Assembly (NCBI RefSeq): GCF_009914755.1 | Contig: NC_060936.1 | Source of the DNA: the human T2T-CHM13v2.0 reference genome, Homo sapiens | Direction: 5' to 3' (one strand) | Length of the DNA stretch: 64,000 nucleotides | In this document: one piece after another, positions 9,890 through 27,945 of the stretch | Position numbering within the stretch: the first letter of the stretch is position 1 | Layout: each line of letters opens with the position of its first letter | Made by a program: the position numbers and the translations under genes | Notes under the pieces: model-generated | The model's input: only the letters and a program-made list of their open reading frames with translations | What the model was told of the DNA's origin: nothing | Databases searched by the model: none

Positions 9890-12800
9890 GAAAACTTCCA
9901 TAGCTATTCATTGAGTCAAATTGTAATGTGCTTTACCAAACAAGGTATTTGACCTGGCATTCTAGTCATATTTACACAAATGTAAATGTGAAGTGGCAAA
10001 TACCTAGGTAATTCAGGCCCACAACTCAGATGATGTTTTATGTAGTCCGAATGTAGTTAGCAGTTACTATTTTCCACTTAGCTCTGTGTGGGAGGACAAA
10101 ACTTTAGAAGGTGAAAATGGAAAAGCTACATTTTCATATGAATAAGGTTGTCAAAAGTCTGCATTAGTAAAAATATTTATGTCTTCTAGGATATGAATGT
10201 GTCAAAACCAAAGAATCCTTACATAAGTGTACACTGACACATTTGCAGGATTGAAAATGAAAGTAACATGGTGACTTCTCTAAATTCTGTATTTACACAT
10301 GAGAAGTGTGAGGAATTAAAGCAATTGTTTGGACCATCTAATGTATAAATCTTGTTTAAAATATTCAAACATATGGGCCCTTAAGAAATTGGTGTGCACT
10401 CTACGTAGCTATTTTTGAAATTTAACTGGTCATACAAAAATTCTTTCAATTTCTATATTTAGAAACGGGGTATTTCCTTGTTATAATCTACACAACCAAA
10501 AACTGGCTAATGTAAGTAACCAAATCTGAGGATTTTGAGTCTCCATAGCCATACAGCAGATATACAGTTTTTACCTAAGGAAAAAAGTATAAGACAAGAC
10601 ATTTTAAAGTCAGATTACTAAAATGATTCCTGTAATTCCACATTCTCAAGAAAAAATGTGTTTAAGGTGTAATAGTAAATTCTTATAGGACTTATTCTAG
10701 TAAGTGGGTAAATCGTAAAAATCTAAATTTGGGTTAAATTTTTTCGCTCAAATACCTACATTTCCTTTATCGTACCCCAAAAGGAGCTCTCAAAGAGTAG
10801 TTTGAACAGTTTTTGACCCGAAGATTTTTTTTTTTTTTTTTTTTTTTTGAGCAGGTTGGACTCTTCGGCTTCCTGGAAGGGAAAAATAGGTCCTTTAGTG
10901 GCTGGGCTACATCTTTCAAGTAGGTATTATTTTAATGAAAGACTAGAGGTGTTTTGTGATTTTGTTTGAAACTCGCATCCAAGAGTGTTTTTCGAAAACA
11001 GACTGAAGGAGCAAGAAAAACAATTCGAAATAGGAAGGAGAGGAGGGTCAGAAAATAATGAAATTAAAGTTCCTCTGAGTAAAAAAAGATAATTCAGAAA
11101 GTGTCTCTAACAGAATAAAAAATATCGCCTGGATTGCTGCAGGCACCCCAGTCTCCTTTCCTAAAGAGGTCTCTTTAAACAGAATTTTGAGAGATTGCGT
11201 TTTAGTTATGCGGGCCAGGGAGAAGTGGATGCTCGCCGCGCCAGGCACGTCCACAGGAACGCAGCCCCGAGTCACCGTGTCCTTCGTCCTTTACCCGCCT
11301 GTGTCAAGCCTCCCAAAATGACCCGCAGTTCAGCTCGTCCTTCGCCGTGAACGTCCCTTTGCGGGGTTGCGGCCGCCGTCGCCCGCCACCCCTTGCCCCA
11401 CTACCCAAGCCACTGCGCCGTCGTCTCCCCAAACTGCCCCGCAGTTCCGCGCCCGCCCGCCGCGGCAGTTGCGGGGTCGGGCTGGCTGGTGCCTCGGGAC
11501 GAGAAGGCCATCAAGTGTTGCTCCCTCATCTGTAACGTGCAGCCCCCCGCACTGTCGCCGTCGTCGCGCGCAGTTCCCGCGCCCGGGCGGCCGCGCCTCC
11601 GCCGCGCAGCCGGGCTGGGCGGTTTCTCAGAAACTTTCCTCCCTCCTCCTCTCCTCTGCGCTGAGAAAGCAGCGAAAGCTCCCACTCCTCTCCGCAAACG
11701 GACTCTCCACCTGAGTAACCGGCCGCCTCCCCGGCCGTGGGGATATCGGAGCTAAGGGGAGAGCCTTCCCGAGTTCGCCGACCCTCCGGCGCTGCAGCCC
11801 GCTCCCACCCCTACCCTGGGCTCCAATGATCCGCAGCCCCGCGCATTTCGAAAGCCCGCCCGGCTCGCCGGCGCCTGGGGAGGGCCACGGCGGCGCGCAG
11901 CCCGGGCCCCGCACCACGGCCGCCCGCGTGGGTCCCCTCTGCCCTCACCCCCGCTCGGCAACGTGCCCCCATCGCAACCCCGGCCGCCCGGCGCGGGGGC
12001 CTGGGACGGGGAAGAACTGGGGAAATGTGGGTTTGGGGGCGTGTTTGGGGGACTCCGGGAGCGTGGGCTTCACAGGCGAGGAGCGGGGCGAGAGGCCTCT
12101 CAGGCCGGGGTGCGCCCACCGCCCCGGCCTCAGGGAGCGACTTTCCCGGAGGCCGGGGGACGCTGCCTTCGCCATTTCATCTTCATCATCACAGCGCCCA
12201 CACTTGCTCTTCTCTCAAGCTCTTTGCACAGAAAAAGTGATTCTAAATCTCCTCTAGGATCTCCTGTCTGGTGTTCAGAGTATGAATTTCTTTTCAAAAC
12301 TTGCTGTGTCTTTCACCTGGGCCACACCCTACGCCCACCCACCCCCTCTCAGCCAAAAGGGAGGTAAAAAATCCTGCGGGCCCAGCTGGGGGTGGGGAAG
12401 GGGCCCACAGTCCCGCTGGAAAACCTCAGCGGCCACCTCCCGGATCCGGGCTGGCCTGGGGACTGGGGTGGGATGGGGTGGGGTCCGCCTCAGGCCGACC
12501 CCGCAGAACCGAAAGTGCCGAGTTGACAAGTAAGGCCCAGCCCCTCTGCGGCCGCCCGCGCGCCCGGCCTGTCACGCGTGGGGACACTGAGCAGCAGGCA
12601 TCGGAGCGAGCAGTACAAAAAGAAATCAAGGCGTTGGGCGCGAAACCTCGACGCGCCTCTAAAGGAACGTTGAGAAAAGGCAGGGAGCAGGGCGCGCGGC
12701 CGGGGGATTGCATCATTGCGGCTCCCCCTCCAGAAAACGGGCCCCGAACCGCGGCGACCATCATGGCGCTCGCGCCGGGCTGCGCTCCCCGCGCGCCTGC

Positions 12801-12895
12801 CCCGCGCTCCGGCCGCGGCCCCGGAGCCTCGGACGCGCATTTCACAAACATTCTCGCCCTCTCCCGAGCGCCCGCCCCCACCCCCTCCTTCTTTC

Positions 12896-12938
12896 TGTGT
12901 GTGTGTGCGTACGTGTGTGCGTGTGTGCGCGCGCGTAT
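12896..12938. repeat. 43-nt perfect purine/pyrimidine alternation (TG/CG-rich)
   Basis: TGTGTGTGTGTGCGTACGTGTGTGCGTGTGTGCGCGCGCGTAT. Confidence 0.9.
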
Positions 12939-13537
12939 TTGTGTGTAGGGAGAACTTGCAGATGATTTTTTTTTCCCTCCCGTGCTGCTGGTTGTAAACT
13001 TGATTGGCATTGGCTGCGCCCACTGACCCCGACGCTGAGTCCGCTGAAGATTTAAGGTGGATCCGAGAAGCTGCAGCTTCAGGCGGAGTCTCGCGCTCTA
13101 GTCGGTTTTGGGAAGAGAAAAAAAAAAAAAAAAGCCCCGAACCGGGCGCCCGCCGCGTTTGCCGAATCTCCCGCGGCCCCAGCCCCCGCGCCCGCCCGGG
13201 GCCCCTCCCCGCCTCGCGCGCCGCGCGCGGCCTCCGCCCACCTCCCACTTCTTCCCCATTGGCCGGCGCGTGCAGTTTGAATTTTTTTTTTTTTTTTGAT
13301 GCTTGTTTTCTTGTAAAAAATACAGTCCCCCAGATCGTGTGACGAAACCTGCTTCGGCGGCCCGAGGTGGGGGTTTTGAGTCGGTTAGTGGAGGCAGTGG
13401 GAGCAGGATGGGCGGAGCTTCTGTTCCAAAAATTTCCCCTAAGTGCGGTTGACAGTGTGCAGGCAGGCGGGGGTGCGCGGGGCGGTCAGCGATCTGCAGC
13501 TTCGCGGGGACAGAGATGTAACCCAACTCGTTCACGG

Positions 13538-13633
13538 ATGTTCCGCGCGCCGTGTCACCGGCTGCGGGCCAGGGGTACTCGGAAGGCGCGGGCAGGAGCC
13601 TGGCGAGGATGCACCTTCCCCTGCCTTGGAAAG
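13538..13633 (+). CDS. APOLD1: APOLD1 long isoform, first coding exon (32 codons); the rest of the gene lies beyond the window
   Basis: ATG 13538 gives MFRAPCHRLRARGTRKARAGAWRGCTFPCLGK, which I recognise as the N-terminal extension of the long APOLD1 isoform; ends exactly at phase-0 donor AAG|GTAGAA. Confidence 0.88.
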
Positions 13634-14699
13634 GTAGAACTGGGGAGTGCGGGAGGGTGGAGGTGGCCCGGAAAAGAACACCTCTTCGCAACCAAAAAAA
13701 AAAAAAAAAAAAAAAAAAGAGGAAATAGAGGAAAAATGTGTTATTTCAACCGCCACTCAGAACCCATCATAATTCAGCCAGTCGGTGTCATTTTTATTGA
13801 ATTAAATTTTAAAAAAGTTTTCTTTGATTTCCAGAGCGTTTTTGCGGGAGGAATATGTTAAAACAAACTCAAGATACGAAATGAGACTTTTGAAGTGCCT
13901 TTGATTTCTGGGTACGGAAATTCTTTTGATAAAGCGTGTGTACGTTAAGATTTAGGATGACTTTTTTTTTCTTTTTTGTAATACAGGTCTAATGGAAATG
14001 ACATTCTTTATGAATTAGAACCCAATTATGTTTTAAAGTTTATAATAAGTCAAATGATTCTCTCAGTCCCTATGTCCGTATTAGTGAAATTCTATCTCCA
14101 TATTAGCGAAATTTGCATAGATACACACCTTTTTCTTTTTGTCTTTTAGTCTTGCTGCAGTGTATCGGACGAGCTTAACCAGATATCCAGCACTAGCCTT
14201 CTAACAGTTTCTAACTCAGTGGTGACATTTTTTAGTTCTTAACTCCCCCAATCCTTCTTAGCCTAACAAACCTCTTAATTAAGGTCCATGAAAGACCATA
14301 AACCAACCTGATTATGCCTTTAGCAAGGCTGTGTTCACTTAATCTCTAATCCCATATCATAAAAGTCCGCTAGTCACTCCTGACCTCCAGGAACCCACCT
14401 AACCAGGGTGGACACTATAAGAAAACATGTGTTTTAATGGAATGAGAACTTTTTTGAGTTGAAGACACGCTAGCCTCAGGAAGCAGTGAGCTCACCATCC
14501 CTGGAGTGTGAGTCAAGCACTAGTCTTGGATGACCCCTTGATAGGAACGTTGTAGACAAGATTCAAATATCAAATAGTATTTGGACTAGTGATTTCAAAG
14601 TCTATTCCAGACCCCTGTGAAACTGTATTTCCAACCTTGGCATTTCTGGATTTCCACTAAATTAAGCCACTTTCCTTGCTCATTAGCATCTTGTAGAGC

Positions 14700-14976
14700 T
14701 GTGTGGCTATTTGAGCGCTTGAATGTGGCTAGTCCAAATTGAGATGTGCTATATGAGATAAACACCACGTTTCCAAGAATTAGTATGAAGAGAAAATGTT
14801 AAATATTTCATTAATAATTTTAATATTGATTACCTATTGAAATAATATTTTGTCATATTGGGCTAAATAAAATATATTATTAAAATGAATTTCATCTATT
14901 CCATTTTACTTTTTTAGTGGAGTTACTAGACAATTTACAGATGTGTCTCAAATTATATTTCTATTGGACATTACTG
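14700..14976. mobile_element. MER33-like hAT-Charlie MITE
   Basis: TGTGGCTATTTGAGCGCTTGAATGTGGCTAGTCCAAATTGAGATGTGCT ... TATATTTCTATTGGACATTACTG. Confidence 0.75.
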
Positions 14977-15115
14977 TTCAAGACTATCACCTGTGGTAAC
15001 TTGAGGCCCCATCTTTAAAAGTGGTGACTATTAATACTGAGGAGTAGGTGGTAACTTCTAGCTGCCATCCTAACTTCTCAAATTAAAGTGAGACCCAAAC
15101 TCAGCCTCTGAAAGC

Positions 15116-16275
<1,160 letters not shown>

Positions 16276-17423
16276 TTAGTTGTGACTCTGCCAAAAAAAA
16301 CTATTTAGACCCCACACAAAACCTGCACAGGCAGAGCCTCACTGCGACTCTTCAGGAGATAGGAAGAAAGTGGGGAGACAGAGCAGTATGCTCATTCTAA
16401 GATTGGGTCTCTAGCAGAAGCCTGCACAATGAAAAAGTATACCATATTCTTGGATGGGAACACCCAACATGACAAAGATGGCAGTCCTCCCTAATTCATC
16501 TGCACCTCTTTACACTAAATTCTGATAATAGGTTCTGATCATCCTGTTTCGTTCCTTTGTTGTAGCAGTCTGTCCACTCAGGACCATAATATAATTACTG
16601 TAAATTTGGAATATGTTTGAATTGCTGGTGGGCCGAGTCCTCCACATCTCGATGGGTCCCTTTACTCCTTTTTTTCCCCCAGAATGTTCCTGTTTTCTTT
16701 TGCTTGCCATTTTCCCCATGTGGATTTAAAATGAATTTGTCTAGTTTTAAATATAATTCTGTCGGCATTAAAAAAAAAAATAAAGTGGGATTCTTATCTC
16801 ACACATCAGGATAAATTCCTGAAGAATTAAAGAGGATGAAGTAGAAAGAAATGAAACCATAGACATGCAAGGAGAAACCTCAAAGGATTTTTAAAAAAAT
16901 CTCAGAGTTGGGGAAAGACTTTCTGAGTACGACAATAAACATAGAATTCATAAGATGTAATTTTTTTTTCTTTTTGGTAGAGACAGGATCTCTCTACGTT
17001 GCCTAGGCTGGTCTTGAACGCCTGGCCTCAAGTGATACTCCTGCCTTGGTCTCCAAAAGTGTTGAGATTACAGTTGTGAGCCACTGTGCTCAGCTGGGAG
17101 GAGCTCTTGCGGCCAGGATTTTAAGACCAGCTTGGACAACGTAGCAAGACCTGTTTCTAAAAAATAAAAATAAATAGTTAAGCTATTCTGGAGGCTGAGG
17201 CAAGGGGATTGCTCTATCCCAGGAGTTCAGGGCCGCAGCTCAGGCTACAGTGAGCTATGATTTTACTACTGCACTCCAGCCTGGCAGCTCTAAAAAAATA
17301 AAATAATAATAATAATAATATAAAAATAATTTAAAAAGCAATGGTTTAAATGGTAATTTGTATCTTACTTGTATTTAACCACAATAAAAAAGAATATACA
17401 ACTACTGGGACATTTTTTTTTGA

Positions 17424-17756
<333 letters not shown>

Positions 17757-17924
17757 TAAAGTTCATCCATGGTATGTCTAAAAGAATCTCACACAGTGTA
17801 CTGGGCCATATTATTTGTGAGATGCTGTAGTGGTTCAATTTCAGGCTCTGGAATCCTACTGCCTGGGTTTGAGTCCAGTTACTGAACTGCCATTTGCAAG
17901 TTACTTCACCTTTTAAAGATTTTA

Positions 17925-18704
<780 letters not shown>

Positions 18705-19851
18705 TTAATGGGGATATCCAGTTTTTATTTTGTCTTCTCCCAGTAACCACAGCCAGTACTATGTTAACCTTGTCAATATGTCTTATTATTTTTAATTACT
18801 GCTGATACTACCATTAAGAAAAACAAATATTTTAAATTGGCATTTAATAAAGAGAATTAGATATGCAAAAACAGTTAAAATGGTAAATTTTATGTATTTT
18901 TACCACAATAAAATCTTTTTAAGGCACTTGTTGAATTTAGTGTCACTTCCAGTGATTTCTGAAAGGACTTGGTATAGATTTATTTGTGGTAATAAATCAG
19001 TAGCACATACACCCACATACATATGCAATGACAAATTGGGAAAAATGTTTGCAACCCACATATCACAGGGTTAATTTCCCCAATAAATAAAGAGTTTCTA
19101 CAAATCCATGAAGAAAACACAAACCAGTAGAAAAATAAGCAAAGGATATGAACACAGTTATCGGAAAAGAAAATATGAAAGGCTTTTAATAAATGAAAAC
19201 ATGCTCAATTGTAGACTATTGGGATATAAACCATATACAGAATATATAAATATAGGGAAATTGAGGCACTCAGATACAAAGACGGCCATTATTCTTTCTT
19301 GACAGTTTAATCCTTGCTTCCCTCCTTTCTACCTAAGGGTTAGTGATATTTTTCCAGCTTCATTGGTGACCAAAGAAGCAAAGAGTTTGCATGCGTGGAA
19401 GCCACGACCGTCTTTCAGGTTCAGTGTAAAATCCCTCCCATCCAAATAATGTTATCTTTAGCTTAGTGGCATCTCCTTACTTTGTACATAGAAATCCCCC
19501 GAATCAGCCTCTTAAGGCCAGCACAACTATAAGTATGTAAGAGGCTGATGCTCTCAACACATCCCCATCCATTCCTGCTTTTAAGTTTAATGCCTGTACG
19601 TTGCTGGTGATACCAGTCTCTCCAAAACCATCACCTTATTCTGGCTTTTCGTTCAAGCTCTCTATTCTCTTTTAAAAGCCTCATGAAGAGTTGATTACAT
19701 GATAAACATAAATTGTCTAATTAGTAGAGAGAAACTATGCTATGCAATAAATGGTGTTAGGTTACAGCTAACCGTTTGGAGAAAAATATTAAATCTCCCT
19801 TACATACACACACATTTTATATACTGCGCATTTAAAATGTATGTACTTTTC

Positions 19852-20298
<447 letters not shown>

Positions 20299-21047
20299 GC
20301 ATGTACTTTTCTACGAATTTAATTTTGAGAAATAATCAGACGTATGACTAAAGATATATTTATCAAAGTAATCACTATAATGTTAAATATTAGATTTTAA
20401 AAAGAACAAAAGAGTAAACAACCAAATAAAAACCCTTTAGATGTAGGGTTACAGAATTGATTATTTGATTGAACTAACCATAGTATATGCAAGAAGGGTA
20501 CAAATTATAGCCATTAAAACACCCTGGGTAGCTTTATATGTATTAACAGTTATATATCTTGGCTGGGCAGGGTGGCTCATGCCTGTAATCCCAGCACTTT
20601 GGGAGACCGAGAGAGGCAGATGGATAAAGCCCAGGAGTTTGAGACCAGCCTGGGCAACGTGGTGAAACTCCATCTCTACAAAAAACACCAAAAAAAAAAA
20701 AAAAATTAGCTGGATATGGTGGCACAGGCCTGTAGTCACAGCTACTCAGAAGGTTGAGGTAGGAGGATCACCTAAGAAAGGAGGTCTAGACTGCAGTGAG
20801 CTGTGATCACGCCACTGCACTCCAGCCTGGGTGGCAGAACAAGACTGTCTCAAAAAAAAAAAAGTTATATGGCTTAATGTTAAAGTTTCCATAGCACATT
20901 AAGACCAAAAGCAGGCACAGAACAGTATCTATGGTATGAATGTATTTTTGTGAAAAATTTAAAAATTCACATGTATATAGGCATACAATTGAAGGTTACC
21001 CACCACATTAACATCTGTAGTTCCTATTTCTGAGGGCAGGATTATGA

Positions 21048-21275
<228 letters not shown>

Positions 21276-23171
21276 TGAGTGCCACCACACCCAGCTAATT
21301 TTTTGTATTTTTAGTAGAGACAGGGTTTCTCCATGTTGGCCAGGTTGATCTCAAACTCCTGACCTCAGGTGATCTGCCCTCCTCTGTCCCCCAAAGTGTT
21401 GGGATTACAGGCGTGAGCCACCGCGCCCAGCCGGTATTTCAAATTTGAAATAATTATTTTTACAATTTCTTGAACATGGAATCAGAGTTTTTATGTCTCA
21501 CATACGGTCTCATTCTTTTCGGACATTAGCAGAGCACAAGGCATTTCTTTAATAATTTTTCCTCCATTTTTCTATCTAACTTCAGATGCCATTAAATCTG
21601 TACATGAGTTATGAGGAGTGTATGCATGTTTGTGTACATGGTTTGGCTTCTGGGGCACATAAATGAGGTATAAATATTATCCCCATTAACTCAAGGATAT
21701 CTTAACAAACCATGGAAAATTGAGGTTATTCCATCTTTTTGCCATATGGGATTTTACTGGTAACATGATCCCAAAACTCACATTCCTTGATCTTTGGCAC
21801 TTGGCACACTCAGGGAATCCGCCTGGGAATTCACCAGATCAACTCCCTGCCTTAGATTAGTTACTTAGGACATAGTGCTGGGAAAATAGTTTTACATTTC
21901 AAGTTAGCCGACTAATCTTTGGCTGTCCCTCTCCATGTGACTGACCTGGGGCAAATCTTAGAATCTCAGAATATTGGCTATGGGAGACCACTGTATCGAT
22001 TCTTTCCATTTTGCAGATGAGAATATTCTAATTCTTGATTTCCTGTAAAGTGGGGAAGTTAAACGAAGATGATTTATAGATTCCTTCTGGCTTACAGCTC
22101 TGTGATTCTTGTTTCCTAGTCAAGATCACACATTCCATCCCTGTGGATCAGGTTATTTTTCAGGGAAGCTAGAGTCCTGATTTTTGGCCACAAACCACAT
22201 ATTCAGAATCAAAAGAAGATGATCTTATAATAGCGTAGGCTGAACAATAAACGTTTATAATCTCACTAGAAAAAAAGCACGTGAATGTGTAACCTAATGG
22301 TTGCTTAGTAGTGCCAGATATTGCTGCATTGTCGCGTGCAGTCTCTGGGAGCCTTTACTAAGGCCAGGCTCTGTGGGCTTCAAGGTCACAAACAGGAGCG
22401 CTGGCCTCCTGGAGCTCCACAAGGCGTCACAGCTGTAATTATTCCATGGAATTTAGGTGAGTGTTGTGAAGGATGAGTGCCATGAAGGGACCTCAGAGCT
22501 TCTGCTTCATGCTGTAGCAGTTTGGATCCCAGACAAGGTGACTAACTGAGGAAGCAAGCAGGGGCTAAAATCGAAACTCTTTCCCCAAGCCAGCCTGTGT
22601 TTACTGAAAAGAAAAGGGCCTTTAAAAATCCACCAACACTCCCTTTAGCTGAGCAGCCACTTATAGTCCCAGCTACTCGGGAGTTTGAGGTGGAAGGATC
22701 CCTTGAGCCCAGGAGTTCCAGTCCACCTGAGCAACAGAACAAGACCCCATCTCTAAAACAAACAAACAAACAAAATAAAAAATGCCATTCCATCCCCCTC
22801 ACCTGCAGTGCCTTCCCCTATGTTCCAGTGGCTGCCTGTAGGATGCTGTAAGAGTTTGAAACAGGGGCCCTGACCTAGAGCGAGGGTTAGAGAATCCCTC
22901 CTAAAGAAATGACTTTCAAGTTGAGACCTGGAAGCTGAGCATGAGTTAACCAGTTGAAAGGAGGAAAGGAAGGAGAGTGAGCCAAGCAGAACACAGTCCA
23001 AGGCTGCAAGTCAGAGAAGAGCTTTGAAAGAATGTGCTTGTGGCTGGGGGGCAGTGAGCCAATGGCAGAAGGAATGAGTGCTGTGGCTGGAGTGATGGGC
23101 TTTTTAAGCCACATTAGGAATTTTGGACTTTAAGTGCAATGGGAAGCCACTGGATAATTTAAAGGTGACTT

Positions 23172-24102
<931 letters not shown>

Positions 24103-25617
24103 TCAAATAAATTTTATTGTTTCCTCACTTTATCTAATATTAATTGAAATCCTTAGTCTTATGTTGGGGTTATCCCAATAGGACGTGGGAAAGAAAGTTC
24201 AAGCTTTCGCCTTGATAGTTCTCCATGATGCTGCTTAACATAAACAATCGAGTTTTCAAAAACCAAAACTCTTGATTTCATTAAGTAAGGAGGGTGTAAT
24301 GTGTAGTGCTTGGGCCGTTAGAGGGGATGTGGTCACAAGTGGTATATCTGAGGCTTTTGAAGGAGTGCATTCAAGGAAGAGCCCTGCTTGGTGTCAGCTA
24401 CTGAACCAGAGATCCGAAGAAGTGGACCTCGCCAGCCTCCTGCTCCACCCCGCTACCAGTCTTAGCTGGAGCTCCCTTTTCTTTGTCATACTCAGCCAGT
24501 TGCTCATTGCTGTTTTAGAGTCTGGCCCATGTTTTGCTCTTTGGCTGTGCGATTGGCGTGAATCTTCTAAGCAAATGAATAGCTTAGAGGTGAATACTGA
24601 ATCTTTTGCTTCAAGTAGCTCAGCATTTTTGTCTTTCATTTTTACTAAGTGACTAGATTCAGTATTCGAAGATGTTTTGGCCAAATGATTCATTATTTAT
24701 TTGGCTTTAGAAAGAGACTTCAAAAGGATAATAGAAATAAACAACCCAGAGGTTTTTTTTTTTAAATTGAAGATTAATAAAAGAGAGACCTCTGCTGGCT
24801 ACAGTGGGGTAACAACCTAGAGTTGGCCACTGACTCCACAGGAAGCTATAATGGCTGTGACCCACCCCATACGCTTTTACAGTTGTCAGCAAATTGATCA
24901 CTATTTGTTCACTTCTTCAGCAATCAACTCAAGTTCTTTTGGAGTTCATTGAAGTGAGGTATAATTCCCAGTCCAATCACCACTGTTTCTGTTTCAATCT
25001 TTAGGAAAAGTATTAGTCTTTTATATTTCTCGAACATAATAGCTTTACATATGAGCCCCTGCCAAACTGAGACCTGAAATAATTCCTGCATCTTACCTTC
25101 TCTGTTTCCTTTCCCCTTTTTTGCCTCCACCTCTCCTCCTCCCCTTCTCCAGTAAAACAAAATAAAACAAATCTACACTCAAGAGAGAGTACTGATAGAA
25201 AGTGAGAAGGAGGGAGCTGGGCGCTTATCTTTGGCATATCCTCAGCTGAGGATCCAAGCTGGGGGGCCCAGGGTTGGTGTTAACTACCTGAGTAGAGCTG
25301 TAGTTCCTACTGATGTCTTCCGTGGGATTTGTTCAACCGTGGGAATGTGGCTGCACGATAGTGGAGCAAGATTCAGTGAATGCTTCAGAATATGGAGGGT
25401 CGTTATCTAGGGGGAGGAAGGGGACTGAATGTTCTCTTGAGACCTTTTGTTGGCAACAACAATAATGAGTGCCTACTATGTGCCAGGCCCTGGACTAAGT
25501 ACCTTAAATACCTTAATTCTGTTTCCTGCTTTTCTTCTCTCTTCACAGTCTTAAGAATGTCTTTCTATGAGAAAAACATTGAATATATGTAAAGAACTTA
25601 CAACAAGGCCTGCATAA

Positions 25618-25956
<339 letters not shown>

Positions 25957-26289
25957 TGAACTCCTTTGCTCAAGCAGTCCTCCCAACTTAGCCTCCCAAA
26001 TCATTGGGATGAGAAGCATGAACCACTGTGCCTGGTTAATTACATAGATATTTACATATCTACTATCTTAAAACGGTGTCCTTTTAAGAATTTCAAATGA
26101 TGCTTTATAGTTTCTAATATGGTGCACTGGGTATACTGTTGATATTTAAAGTTTTGTGAATGATAAATTTCCCTACTTCAGTAGTGCCATAGAATTAATT
26201 GATTCTTGTATCTGAAATTTAATGAGTGCTTATGAAGTATGCTGGACTGTGCTAGGTTCTGACAGCATTTGAAAAGAAGTTTGACATCT

Positions 26290-26546
26290 GCCTGTCTGTC
26301 CCCTTTTGGCTGCCTATGAGGTGTGTAAGATGGCTGCAATTTGAGGAGGCATCCTTTGTTCCTGAGGATAGAAGGTGCATTGTGGAGTAGAAAGATACAG
26401 GAACTATAGGCGATGCCACACCAACTCTGTGCCACTTATCTCCAGAATTCCTGTACAGAAAAGAAAAGTACACTTTTATCTTGTTTAAGCCACTATGATT
26501 TCTGGGCTCTGTTACTAGCTGCCAAATGCAAATCTTAACAGATACA
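26290..26546. mobile_element. MaLR LTR fragment (MLT1 family)
   Basis: Typical MLT1 terminus TTGTTTAAGCCACT...TTACTAGCTGCCAAATGCAAATCTTAACAGATACA. Confidence 0.6.
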
Positions 26547-27315
26547 GAAGTCCTTGAGGATTTTTGAGCAAGGAACTGACTGTAAAACTGGTGGCTCTGC
26601 AAGGGACAGATTTGGGGAGGGGGGTGTTCTGGAGAATCCTAAGAGATAAAGTTGGCTTGGTAGGTGGGGACAGATAGTAGGGGAGACTGAATGCGGAGAA
26701 TACACATCTTGCACAGGTCACTGAATTTTGTTTCTTTTTCCCAGGACACCTCTGCTAAACTCCTATTTTTACCGTGGTTATTTAAATATGTGGTTATTGA
26801 GGAATTTGTATTCTGCTATCGTCAAGTGGCCTGAAAGCCAGGGAGATCGAGAAGATGAGTGTTCTTTGTGCTTTAAAAAGAAGCAGGCAAAAGCTGGAAC
26901 GGGAAAGAGTATCAGTGTTACAGTGAAGTGAAGTTACTATGTTTTCTGAACTCCTGCAAGCATTTTCAAGGAAAGGAATGTTTGTTACAGGTGATTGTCT
27001 AATCAAGATACATTTGAAATGTATCCTTTACTGGATAGCAACTGTAAACAATATTTAAAAAATATATCTCAGAGTGACTTGCAGAGTAAAGATAATTTCA
27101 TATGCTAAAATTTCTAAAAGGAGAAAAACCTTTTTTATTAACTTTAATGTTCATATAATCACATTGAGTAATGGCTATTTTTTTCCTAGTGAACTTTTCA
27201 TTTTAGGTTGGGCAGGTAATTTTATACCTTTAATTACATGGGTCTTAAAAATATGATCCTATAGCCATAACTGAATATTATAAGCTTGGGTACTTTATGT
27301 TTCATCTTTCATTAA

Positions 27316-27945
<630 letters not shown>

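Larger units (their letters stand above)
8573..9905 (+). other. CDKN1B: CDKN1B exon 3 (non-coding, 3'UTR)
   Basis: Long polypyrimidine tract and TTTTGCAG|AATTAAG acceptor at 8572/8573; AU-rich UTR ending after AATAAA 9884-9889. 3' end approximate. Confidence 0.93.
11200..13690. promoter_or_regulatory. Second CpG island; distal APOLD1 promoter region
   Basis: ~2.5 kb CpG-dense block starting ~1.3 kb past the CDKN1B poly(A) site; inverted CCAAT (ATTGG) at 13003, 13009 and 13258, many GC boxes. Confidence 0.9.

Noticed and set aside
11347-13691. Long overlapping Arg/Pro/Gly/Ala-rich ORFs (up to 252 aa) on both strands
   Set aside because: Expected from stop-codon scarcity in a CpG island; no recognisable domain. 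Only 13538-13633 is supported.
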